DNA from: Verrucomicrobiota bacterium
Lineage (GTDB): Bacteria > Verrucomicrobiota > Verrucomicrobiia > Opitutales > Coraliomargaritaceae
Length of the DNA stretch: 64,000 nucleotides
Assembly (NCBI GenBank): GCA_039815375.1
Contig: JBCBZJ010000015.1
Span: 15,170-79,169 of the forward strand
Direction of reading: 5' to 3'
Shown here: in pieces, positions 54,855-64,000 of the stretch
Numbering within the stretch: position 1 is the stretch's first letter
How the letters are laid out: each line of letters starts with the position of its first letter
Notes under the pieces: generated by a model
Databases searched by the model: none
What the model saw: only the letters and a program-made list of their open reading frames with translations
What the model was told of the DNA's origin: nothing
Translations under genes and position numbers: made by a program

Positions 54855-54870
54855 TGGTATCGTCAATGCT
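54855..54870 (+). promoter_or_regulatory. candidate sigma54 (-24/-12) promoter of the nitrate operon
   Basis: TGGTATcgtcaATGCT has exact GG-N10-GC spacing against the TGGCAC-N5-TTGCW consensus. Confidence 0.45.
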
Positions 54871-54884
54871 AAATTGGCACACAG

Positions 54885-55949
54885 ATGTCAGCAGATAGTA
54901 CAGATTTTAGCATTCGCACAAAAAAGAGCCCAGTCATCCGGTTGGGATACGTGCGCTTGTTGGATGCCTCCCCTTTGATTGTGGCAGAGAGTTTGGGATT
55001 TTTCCGTGACGCCGGTTTGGATGTTTCCCTGAGCCGCGAAGTGGGGTGGGCATCGATCCGGGACAAGCTTGCTTTTGGTGACCTTGATGTGGCCCAAGCG
55101 CTGAGTCCCATGCCCTTTGTCATGCAGCTAGGTCTCGGTGTCGCGAAAACGCCTGTGTTTACAGGAATGATCCTGAACTGTAATGGCAATGCGATCACGC
55201 TCTCAAAGCAGCTTCTGGACGAAGGTGTCACTGATGGCAGTTCACTCCGTCGCTACATCAAGCAGGGTTACCGCACTCGGAAGCTCGTCCTCGGAGTGGT
55301 TTCTCGTTATTCCTCTCATCACTTTATTCTTTGCCGATGGCTTGAGCTTCATGGAATCAAGCCGCATGAGGAGGTTATTATCTCGGTGCTGCCACCTGAG
55401 CAGATGGTCCGTAACATTGCGGCGGATAACATCGATGGTTTTTGTGTTGGTGAGCCATGGAACTCGCTCGCAGTTGAAGAAGGCCTTGGATGGTGTCCTG
55501 CAACCAGTGAGGAGATATCATCGGGCTACCCCGAAAAGGTTCTTGCGACGACCGAGCGATTTTACGCTTTTCGCCCGGATGAGTATCTTCGGATGATCGA
55601 TGCGCTCAAACAGGCCTGCGCATTCTGTGAAGATGCTTCCAATCATAAAGCACTGTTAAAAATTCTCTCCAAGCCTGAATACTTGAACTGCACGCCCCGG
55701 ACCTTGGCGCATGCTCTTTCTGGCAAATTTCCCATGGGGCAGGGACGCAGCTCCGAGGGGCGCTTTATCTGCTTCCGCGATGAAGCCGTGAACCGCCCGG
55801 ATCTCGAACGTGCAGGTCTGGTCCTCGATGATCTATGCCGATATGCGCCTCAGGAGCGCCTCAAGTCGGTGCCCAAGTCTCTACTCTCCCGTGTTTATCG
55901 GGAAGAAATTTATGATCAGGCCGCCAGCCCGGTGGTCGCTCACAACTGA
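54885..55949 (+). CDS. NasS-like/NrtA-CmpA-family protein lacking a signal peptide (probable cytoplasmic nitrate sensor)
   Basis: [40 protein letters not shown]...[13 protein letters not shown]; no hydrophobic leader. Confidence 0.8.
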   Translation: MSADSTDFSIRTKKSPVIRLGYVRLLDASPLIVAESLGFFRDAGLDVSLSREVGWASIRDKLAFGDLDVAQALSPMPFVMQLGLGVAKTPVFTGMILNCNGNAITLSKQLLDEGVTDGSSLRRYIKQGYRTRKLVLGVVSRYSSHHFILCRWLELHGIKPHEEVIISVLPPEQMVRNIAADNIDGFCVGEPWNSLAVEEGLGWCPATSEEISSGYPEKVLATTERFYAFRPDEYLRMIDALKQACAFCEDASNHKALLKILSKPEYLNCTPRTLAHALSGKFPMGQGRSSEGRFICFRDEAVNRPDLERAGLVLDDLCRYAPQERLKSVPKSLLSRVYREEIYDQAASPVVAHN

Positions 55950-55965
55950 ACTAGAAAACAAAAAT

Positions 55966-57336
<1,371 letters not shown>

Positions 57337-57364
57337 ACGAATTTCTACCCTATATTATATAACT

Positions 57365-57394
57365 AAGCCTCCTTTCCTCACGGGAAGGAGGCTT
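57365..57394 (+). other. intercistronic stem-loop after nrtA (mRNA stabiliser or attenuator)
   Basis: AAGCCTCCTTTCC-tcac-GGGAAGGAGGCTT; no long U-tract. Confidence 0.6.
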
Positions 57395-57435
57395 CATAGG
57401 CGACAGACCTAACTGACGAAAAACCAACATTTACC

Positions 57436-59064
57436 ATGGCTGAAAAAACAGCAGACGCTATCAAATATAAGATTCTAAAGTTCCTCGACGTGACCGGTTT
57501 TACGGTTTTCGACCCGATGGTGCGCTTGGCATTTGGCGAGGACCCTAAAAAACAGGTCGAATCGATTCTGAAATTCTTTGTTACGCCGATCCTATTCATT
57601 CTCGCGTGCACTTGGCTATGGTGGACTGTGGCTCCGAACCACAAGACTAAATCCGGTGAGGTTCCGACGCCCGACGTCGTGTGGCAGTCTGCTGTGATCA
57701 ACAACACCTTCAGTGAGCGTGAAAAGGCCAAGGAGTCCGACTTCCTACTCGTCGGAGAGGAGCGTGAGCAGGCCCTTGCCGAGGTCGAGGCAAGGATCGA
57801 AGCACAAAGCGAAATCCTGACGGAGCTCAACGCGAAGCTGAAGGAACAGGAAGAAGCTTACACGGCTCAATTGGATGAACGTATTTCGCCGCTGCAAGCT
57901 GAACTTGATGTGATCAAGGGTGAAAACAAAATTTCAGCTGATGAGCGAAAGGCATCGATTGAGGCGATTGCCAAGGAGGTTGAAACAGGTGAGACAGGCT
58001 CGGAGTTTCTCATCGCTGCGATTCGTGAAGACGGTGAGGCTAAAGACCTCGGTCGCGATGCGGAATCCATTGTTAAAGATCAAATCGAAGCGATTCGTTC
58101 TGAAAAATTTAAGCCTCTTGAGGTAGCACGTCTTGATGTCAACGCAGTAGCTGATGACATCCAGTTTTTGAAGAAGCGTGTCGACTTTCTTTCTGATGCA
58201 AATCGCAGCGTGAAGGTCGTGGTCGCAAAAGAGAAGCTTGAGGAAACTAAAGCAAATCTAGCTGGTGCAGAATCTTCGAAAAAGGCTGTGCTCGAGGCGA
58301 AGAAGGTCGTGCGTGGTGAAGAATCCATCGAGCGTCTTGAGGGGCAGCAGTACGCGTCTGCCATGACGGTCTATCTCCAGATTCAGCGTAGTCTTTTCAC
58401 GGTCTTTGTTGGCTTTTTTATGGCCGCTTTCATCGCGATTCCAGTTGGTGTGCTCTGTGGGCTTAACCGTATCGCAATGGCCTGCCTCACGCCGATAATC
58501 TCGGTCTTCAAACCGGTCTCTCCTGTGGTATGGCTGCTGATCTTCCAGATTATCGTAGGCGCTTTTTTCCCGGATCCGGAATCGCATCCGTTTTTCCTAT
58601 TCTTTAACAGCCTTCCCTTGATTGGCGGTCTTGGAATTAATCCAGCGCTGGTCTTCTCCGCCTGCACTGTAGCGATGTGTGCGGTCTGGCCGGCACTTGT
58701 AAATACCGCCTTGGGTGTCTCTTCGATTGATAAAGACCACATTAACGTGGCCCGTGTCCTCAAACTCGGCTTCTGGGATCGCTTAACCAAAATTATTATT
58801 CCGTCTGCCCTCCCGCTGGTCTTCGCTGGCCTTCGTATCTCGCTGGGTGTGGGCTGGATGGTCTTGATTGCTGCAGAAGCGCTTTCCTCTTCTGACGGTT
58901 TGGGTAAGTTTGTTTGGGATGAATATCAAAACGGTTCCTCCTTCTCCTTTGCCAACATCCTTTATGCCTGCTTCGTGGTCGGTATCATTGGATTCCTTCT
59001 GGACCGTATGATGATCGTTCTACAGCGCTTTGTTTCCTTCGATGGCGGTGGCACATCCCTTTAG
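57436..59064 (+). CDS. nrtB: nitrate ABC transporter permease with large coiled-coil insert
   Basis: [65 protein letters not shown]. Confidence 0.88.
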   Translation: MAEKTADAIKYKILKFLDVTGFTVFDPMVRLAFGEDPKKQVESILKFFVTPILFILACTWLWWTVAPNHKTKSGEVPTPDVVWQSAVINNTFSEREKAKESDFLLVGEEREQALAEVEARIEAQSEILTELNAKLKEQEEAYTAQLDERISPLQAELDVIKGENKISADERKASIEAIAKEVETGETGSEFLIAAIREDGEAKDLGRDAESIVKDQIEAIRSEKFKPLEVARLDVNAVADDIQFLKKRVDFLSDANRSVKVVVAKEKLEETKANLAGAESSKKAVLEAKKVVRGEESIERLEGQQYASAMTVYLQIQRSLFTVFVGFFMAAFIAIPVGVLCGLNRIAMACLTPIISVFKPVSPVVWLLIFQIIVGAFFPDPESHPFFLFFNSLPLIGGLGINPALVFSACTVAMCAVWPALVNTALGVSSIDKDHINVARVLKLGFWDRLTKIIIPSALPLVFAGLRISLGVGWMVLIAAEALSSSDGLGKFVWDEYQNGSSFSFANILYACFVVGIIGFLLDRMMIVLQRFVSFDGGGTSL

Positions 59065-59074
59065 ATTCTGAATC

Positions 59075-59998
59075 ATGGCATTCTTAGAAATAGACAACGC
59101 TTCCATCGGTTTCGGCCCGCACGATAATCGCTATGAAGTGCTCACTGACATTAACCTCTCGGTCGTAGAGAATGAGTTCATCGCCGTAGTCGGATTCTCG
59201 GGCGCTGGTAAGTCGACGCTTATCTCTTTGTTGGCCGGTTTGCTGAAGCCGGACAAAGGGGAGATCCGTATTCATGGTGAAGTCGTCAAGGAACCGTCGC
59301 CGCGACTGGGGATCATGTTCCAAAATTATTCGCTACTTCCGTGGTTAACCGTTTTTGAGAACGTTGCTCTGGCGGTCCAGCAAGTTTTTCCCAAGTATAC
59401 GAAATCAGAGCTCAAAGAGCATGTTGAGAAATACGTTGCCATGGTGAAGCTCTCTCCGGCACTCGGTAAAAAGCCGTCCGAGCTCTCGGGTGGTATGCGT
59501 CAACGTGCGTCACTTGCACGGACTCTGGCCATGCAGCCGGAGATTCTCCTGCTTGACGAGCCGTTGTCTGCCCTCGATGCGCTGACCCGTGCCGAGATCC
59601 AGGACGAGATTATCAATATCTGGGAAAATGATAAGCGAACCATCGTTATGATTACCAACGATGTTGACGAGGCTGTTCTGATGGCTGACCAAATAGTGCC
59701 TTTGACGATGGGTCCCTCTGCGACGTTGGACGAGCCATTTCCGGTCAATCTTGAGCGTCCGCGTAATCGCACGACCTTGAACACCAATCCTGAGTTTCGC
59801 CGTTTGCGCAACGACATCTCGAAATATATGGTCACTCTTAACGAAGAGACTAAGGCGCTCAGTTCGCATCAGTCTGTAGCCGATCTCCCTGAGATAATGC
59901 CACTGGACTTTACCAGCTTGCCTGCTGGCCCGGCCCGCGGTCGCCGCCGTCCCGCCGTTTCTCAGGCCTTCAATCCGAAAGTCACTTTCTTTAAATAA
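59075..59998 (+). CDS. nrtC: nitrate ABC transporter ATP-binding subunit
   Basis: [39 protein letters not shown]. Confidence 0.87.
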   Translation: MAFLEIDNASIGFGPHDNRYEVLTDINLSVVENEFIAVVGFSGAGKSTLISLLAGLLKPDKGEIRIHGEVVKEPSPRLGIMFQNYSLLPWLTVFENVALAVQQVFPKYTKSELKEHVEKYVAMVKLSPALGKKPSELSGGMRQRASLARTLAMQPEILLLDEPLSALDALTRAEIQDEIINIWENDKRTIVMITNDVDEAVLMADQIVPLTMGPSATLDEPFPVNLERPRNRTTLNTNPEFRRLRNDISKYMVTLNEETKALSSHQSVADLPEIMPLDFTSLPAGPARGRRRPAVSQAFNPKVTFFK

Positions 59999-60019
59999 CC
60001 GCTAACGGAGACGCATTAT

Positions 60020-60880
60020 ATGTTAAGCGAACGATACGTAGAAATTTCTAACTTAGTAAAAGCATATCCTAATCCTTTTGGTGACGAAATCAAAGTCGTT
60101 GATGGCTTTGAACTGAAGGTGCCGCAAGGTGATGTCGTGTCCATTATTGGTCACTCCGGATGTGGTAAATCGACCGTGCTCAATATGGTTGCCGGACTGA
60201 TTCCAATATCTGACGGCGGCATAATTGTTGCCGGAAAAGAAATCGATGGTCCAGGCCCAGACCGCGCGGTTGTCTTCCAGGCGCCCTGCCTGCTCCCTTG
60301 GATGACTGCTTTTGGTAACGTCATGATTGGCGTTAAGGTAAGCTATCCGCACGTGTCGAAAGCCGAGCGTTCTGAAATGGTTGAAGCAGCCTTGAGCATG
60401 GTCGGGCTAAAGGATTCCATGAACAAGTATCCGCGTGAGTTGTCCGGCGGCATGCAGCAACGTGTCGGCATCGCTCGTGCGATTGCACTTAAGCCACGCA
60501 TGCTTCTTCTCGATGAGCCGCTTGGCCGTCTTGATTCGCTGACACGGATGGAGCTGCAGGACGTCATACTCCGTATCCTCGACAAAGAAAAGATCACTAC
60601 GATGATCATTACGCACGACCCGGATGAAGCCGTCTATATGTCTGATCGGATTTGTATGATGACAAACGGACCGCACGCCAAGGTAGGTCAGATTATGGAA
60701 ATCGAATTCGAGCGCCCCCGCGATCGTGCCGCAATTGTCGAAACAGATCAGTTTTATGAATATCGCCGCCGTCTGCTCGCTTTCCTTGATGAGTGCGAGG
60801 CGGAAAAAGAAGAGCGCCGTCTATTTAAAAAGAAGCAACCTGCGAGCGAACCCCCTGCCTCGGTTAAGAAGGCAAGTTAG
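60020..60880 (+). CDS. nrtD: nitrate ABC transporter ATP-binding subunit
   Basis: [41 protein letters not shown]. Confidence 0.88.
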   Translation: MLSERYVEISNLVKAYPNPFGDEIKVVDGFELKVPQGDVVSIIGHSGCGKSTVLNMVAGLIPISDGGIIVAGKEIDGPGPDRAVVFQAPCLLPWMTAFGNVMIGVKVSYPHVSKAERSEMVEAALSMVGLKDSMNKYPRELSGGMQQRVGIARAIALKPRMLLLDEPLGRLDSLTRMELQDVILRILDKEKITTMIITHDPDEAVYMSDRICMMTNGPHAKVGQIMEIEFERPRDRAAIVETDQFYEYRRRLLAFLDECEAEKEERRLFKKKQPASEPPASVKKAS

Positions 60881-60904
60881 GCCCAGTTACCTCTCCGCAT
60901 ACAA

Positions 60905-63202
60905 ATGAGTTCCGGAAAAGATTCAGCGCGCGATGTGCGTTCGGTTTGCCCCTATTGTGGGGTTGGCTGCGGTATGGTCTTGAAGGTCAAAGACGGCGAG
61001 ATCATCCGGATTCTTGGTGATAAGTCGCATCCGGTCAACGAGGGGCGCCTCTGCACTAAGGGTGTGACAGCAGGTATACCTGTAAACCATTCGGACCGGC
61101 TTGAGCGTTTCCAATATCGCGAAGACCGAACTTCCGATTTCCTCCCGCTTGAGCCCGAGGCAGCGCTGGATCAGGTAGCTGAACGCTTGAAAGTGGTTCT
61201 CGCAGAGTCTGGCCCTGACGCCCTTGCTTTCTATGTTTCCGGCCAACTCTCCACCGAGGCTCAGTATCTCAGCAATAAGCTCTGTAAGGGTTTCTGGGGC
61301 ACCAACAATATCGACTCAAATTCCCGCCTCTGCATGGCAAGCGCGGCCTCTGGTTACAAGTTAAGCTTCGGCGCTGACTCACCGGAGGCTTCCTACTCGG
61401 ATATTGACGAGGCAGATGCCTTTCTTGCCATTGGCTCGAATATGGCTGACTGCCATCCGATTCTTTTTCAACGGGTTACCCGGCGCATGAAAAAGGCCAA
61501 CGCTCGCTTGATTGTCGTTGATCCGCGCCGCACCGCGACTGCTGCGTCTGCTGATCTCTTTTTACAAATTGCACCGGGCACGGACCTTGCCCTGCTGAAC
61601 GGATTGCTCAACGGCCTGATCCAGCGGGGCTGTGTCGACCAGCGTTTCATCGCCGGCCACACTGAGGGTCTTGAGAAGGCCATGGCTATTGCCAGTCAGT
61701 TCCCAATTGAACGCACGGCTGAGCTCACTGGCCTTGAAGAAAAGGAAATTGAAGCAGCACTCGACATTCTTTGCGAGTCCGAGGCATGGATGACTTTTTG
61801 GACGATGGGCCTTAATCAGTCGCGTCGTGGCACTGCCCATACTTCTGCGATCTGTAATCTGCACCTGCTTGCGGGGCAGATTGGAAAGCCAGGTGCCGGG
61901 CCTTTTTCTCTTACTGGCCAGCCGAATGCAATGGGTGGGCGAGAAGTCGGTTATCTCTCAGCTGGGCTGCCGGGGCAGCGTGCGGTGGTGAATGCTGAAG
62001 ATCGCGCTCATGTTGAACAGTTATGGAACGTATCCGAAGGAAGGATACAGTCGAAACCTGGTCCCGTTGCGCAAGAGATGTTCCGGCAAGTTCAATCGGG
62101 GTCAATCCGTGCGATCTGGGTGATTGGAACCAATCCGGTTGCTTCGATGCCACGAAATGGGTCGGTCGCCGAAGCACTGAAGCAGGCTGATTGTGTCATT
62201 GTGCAGGATGTTTACGAAGGTAATGAAACTGCTGAATATGCGCACTATCTTTTACCGGGGTCGCTTTGGGCCGAGGCCGAGGGCACGATGGTCAATTCCG
62301 AACGTCGTGTCACTTTGATGGAGAAAGCGGTTGATCCGCCCGGTCATGCGATGCCGGATTGGCAGATCATTTGTGAGGTTGCGCAACGCATGGGATACTC
62401 TGGATTCGATTTTGAAAGCGCGTCGGAGGTTTTCGAGGAAGTTAAGCTATTTCGTAACGAGGCGACTCGATACCTGCTTGATGGTATGAGCTACGAGCGG
62501 CTGCGTAAAGGGCCGTTGCAGTGGCCTTGCGAATCAAAAGACAGCTCCGGCGAAACGAAGCGCTATGGCTGGCATTACGGAGCGGTCGATCCGCATGATC
62601 CCGAAACGAGCAAGGGGGTGCAGTTTGCAAGAGCCTCGGGCAAAGCTCTCTTTGTTGAAACACCTTACGAGCCGGAGGCTGATGCTGATCCAATTGGTAG
62701 TCTGATTTTGAATACGGGTCGCTACCCTCACCAATGGCACACGCTCACCAAGACAGGGCGTGTTCAGCAACTAAACGACCTTAACGCCGGTCCGGAGTTG
62801 GAAATTCACCCAACTGACGCTGAGCGGCTTGGAATTGTTGACCGTAGTCAGCTTACACTTACTTCGATTAATGGCACTTTTCGTATACCCGCACGGATCA
62901 GTGACGCAGTCCTCCCGGGGCATTGCTTTGCGCCGATCCATTGGAACCAAGCCTTTGCGCCTGATTGTTCAGTCAACTCCGCGACCTTGGAAACGTCCGA
63001 TCCGGTTTCCCTGCAACCGGCTCTGAAGTCTGCAAGTGTTGAGATTGAAGTAGCTGCTCCGGTTGACGATTGCCGTGAGCACAGTCAAACTGATCCCTTT
63101 GAGGAGGGATTCCGTATCGCCAAACAAAGTGTCCGCTTCTTTCGTGCGCCTGGTGGAAGGCTAAGCGGACATATTGAACAAAAACCACAATTTAATCGAT
63201 GA
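60905..63202 (+). CDS. nasA: assimilatory nitrate reductase catalytic subunit (Mo-bisPGD, 4Fe-4S)
   Basis: CPYCGVGC...[47 protein letters not shown]...[19 protein letters not shown]. Confidence 0.93.
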   Translation: MSSGKDSARDVRSVCPYCGVGCGMVLKVKDGEIIRILGDKSHPVNEGRLCTKGVTAGIPVNHSDRLERFQYREDRTSDFLPLEPEAALDQVAERLKVVLAESGPDALAFYVSGQLSTEAQYLSNKLCKGFWGTNNIDSNSRLCMASAASGYKLSFGADSPEASYSDIDEADAFLAIGSNMADCHPILFQRVTRRMKKANARLIVVDPRRTATAASADLFLQIAPGTDLALLNGLLNGLIQRGCVDQRFIAGHTEGLEKAMAIASQFPIERTAELTGLEEKEIEAALDILCESEAWMTFWTMGLNQSRRGTAHTSAICNLHLLAGQIGKPGAGPFSLTGQPNAMGGREVGYLSAGLPGQRAVVNAEDRAHVEQLWNVSEGRIQSKPGPVAQEMFRQVQSGSIRAIWVIGTNPVASMPRNGSVAEALKQADCVIVQDVYEGNETAEYAHYLLPGSLWAEAEGTMVNSERRVTLMEKAVDPPGHAMPDWQIICEVAQRMGYSGFDFESASEVFEEVKLFRNEATRYLLDGMSYERLRKGPLQWPCESKDSSGETKRYGWHYGAVDPHDPETSKGVQFARASGKALFVETPYEPEADADPIGSLILNTGRYPHQWHTLTKTGRVQQLNDLNAGPELEIHPTDAERLGIVDRSQLTLTSINGTFRIPARISDAVLPGHCFAPIHWNQAFAPDCSVNSATLETSDPVSLQPALKSASVEIEVAAPVDDCREHSQTDPFEEGFRIAKQSVRFFRAPGGRLSGHIEQKPQFNR

Positions 63203-64000
63203 AGCAACCTTCCGCAGATAACAACGCTTTCACCCTCGAACAGAAATATTACCTTGAGGGCTTCTTCAATGGCGTCTCGCAGCGTGCTGCAAATCCCTTT
63301 CTCGGCGAGACTGCCGGTGGATTGATTACCAACGATCCTGCTCAGGCGGTCACGGAAAACAAACTCGAAGCCGTTTACGGCGTCCCCATCGAAGACCTGT
63401 GTAAAGAGGAAAAGATTAAGCACGAAGAGCATGGTCTCGATGTCTTCGATAAGATTTGGGAGCATGCAGAGCAGAACAAGTTTCCCGAGGGCGGCGACGT
63501 TTTTCGCTGGAAATTCCATGGCCTCTTCTACGTTAAGCCTGCTCAGGATTCGCTTATGCTGCGTTGCCGTGTTGCAGGCTGTGCACTCTCTGCTCACCAA
63601 ATGGATGGGCTTGCCGAGATTGCAGCCGATTGGGGCGGCCAGTATGCTCATGTCACGACTCGTGGGAACTTCCAGGTGCGCGAGATCATGCCGAAGGATG
63701 CGATGAAGATCCTCCTCAAACTTGCAGATATCGGACTGACTTCAAAAGGCTCAGGTGCGGACAACCTTCGTAATGTCACCGCTTCACCGACTTCTGGATT
63801 CGACCCGAACGAAGTCTACGATGTGCTCCCGCTTGCGCGTAACATGCACACTTATATCCTCAATACGCGTGAGATGTATGATCTCCCGCGCAAATTTAAC
63901 ATCTCCTTCGATAATGGTGGCACAGTCAGCGTCTGTGCGGATACCAATGACATCGGTTTTCTGGCCGTTCGCGTAGGCGAAGGTCAGGGTGTTGAACCGG
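63199..64000 (+). CDS. nirA: NirA-type siroheme nitrite reductase, truncated by the window end
   Basis: ATG overlaps the nasA TGA (ATGA). Translates [23 protein letters not shown]...[23 protein letters not shown]...[11 protein letters not shown]...[11 protein letters not shown]...DLPRKFNI. Not in the ORF track because it has no stop in the window. Confidence 0.88.
   Translation, partial: MKQPSADNNAFTLEQKYYLEGFFNGVSQRAANPFLGETAGGLITNDPAQAVTENKLEAVYGVPIEDLCKEEKIKHEEHGLDVFDKIWEHAEQNKFPEGGDVFRWKFHGLFYVKPAQDSLMLRCRVAGCALSAHQMDGLAEIAADWGGQYAHVTTRGNFQVREIMPKDAMKILLKLADIGLTSKGSGADNLRNVTASPTSGFDPNEVYDVLPLARNMHTYILNTREMYDLPRKFNISFDNGGTVSVCADTNDIGFLAVRVGEGQGVEP

Overview
Bacterial chromosomal window of roughly 50-55% GC. 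The gene content (PEP-CTERM protein, sulfatases, short EF-Ts, GYF-2 and SHD1-like proteins) suggests Verrucomicrobiota/Opitutae, Coraliomargarita-like; this is an inference. Most of it is housekeeping: gcvH, speA, tilS-ftsH-aroE-prepilin peptidase, ClC, htpG, ppdK, tatC, tlyA, rsmJ, dnaX, rpsB-tsf, trpS and three tRNAs (Tyr-GTA, Ala-GGC, Leu-CAA). Small accessory inserts are a fasciclin protein, an AT-rich ORFan next to a GTAG-type REP hairpin, a PEP-CTERM protease, and a GH71/99-like gene with two sulfatases after tRNA-Ala. The last 15 kb hold a molybdenum-cofactor and nitrate-assimilation cluster (MOSC, moaE/D, mobA, moaC, moeA, moaA, LysR, a signal-less NasS/NrtA-like protein, nrtABCD, nasA, truncated nirA). 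The strongest signals are: (1) dnaX is split at an A10-G run, so the zero frame gives a 385-aa gamma-like product and a -1 shift gives a ~507-aa tau-like product, the opposite polarity to E. coli; (2) moaE has an in-frame TGA in a C-G-(TGA) context, followed by a His-rich tail that ends overlapping the next start codon; (3) the nitrate module pairs a LysR with a stand-alone cytoplasmic NrtA-like protein, shows no ANTAR partner in view, and has an NrtB with a very long coiled-coil insert. No CRISPR array, rRNA, intact transposase or integrase was seen. All calls rest on motif recognition by eye; no searches were run.
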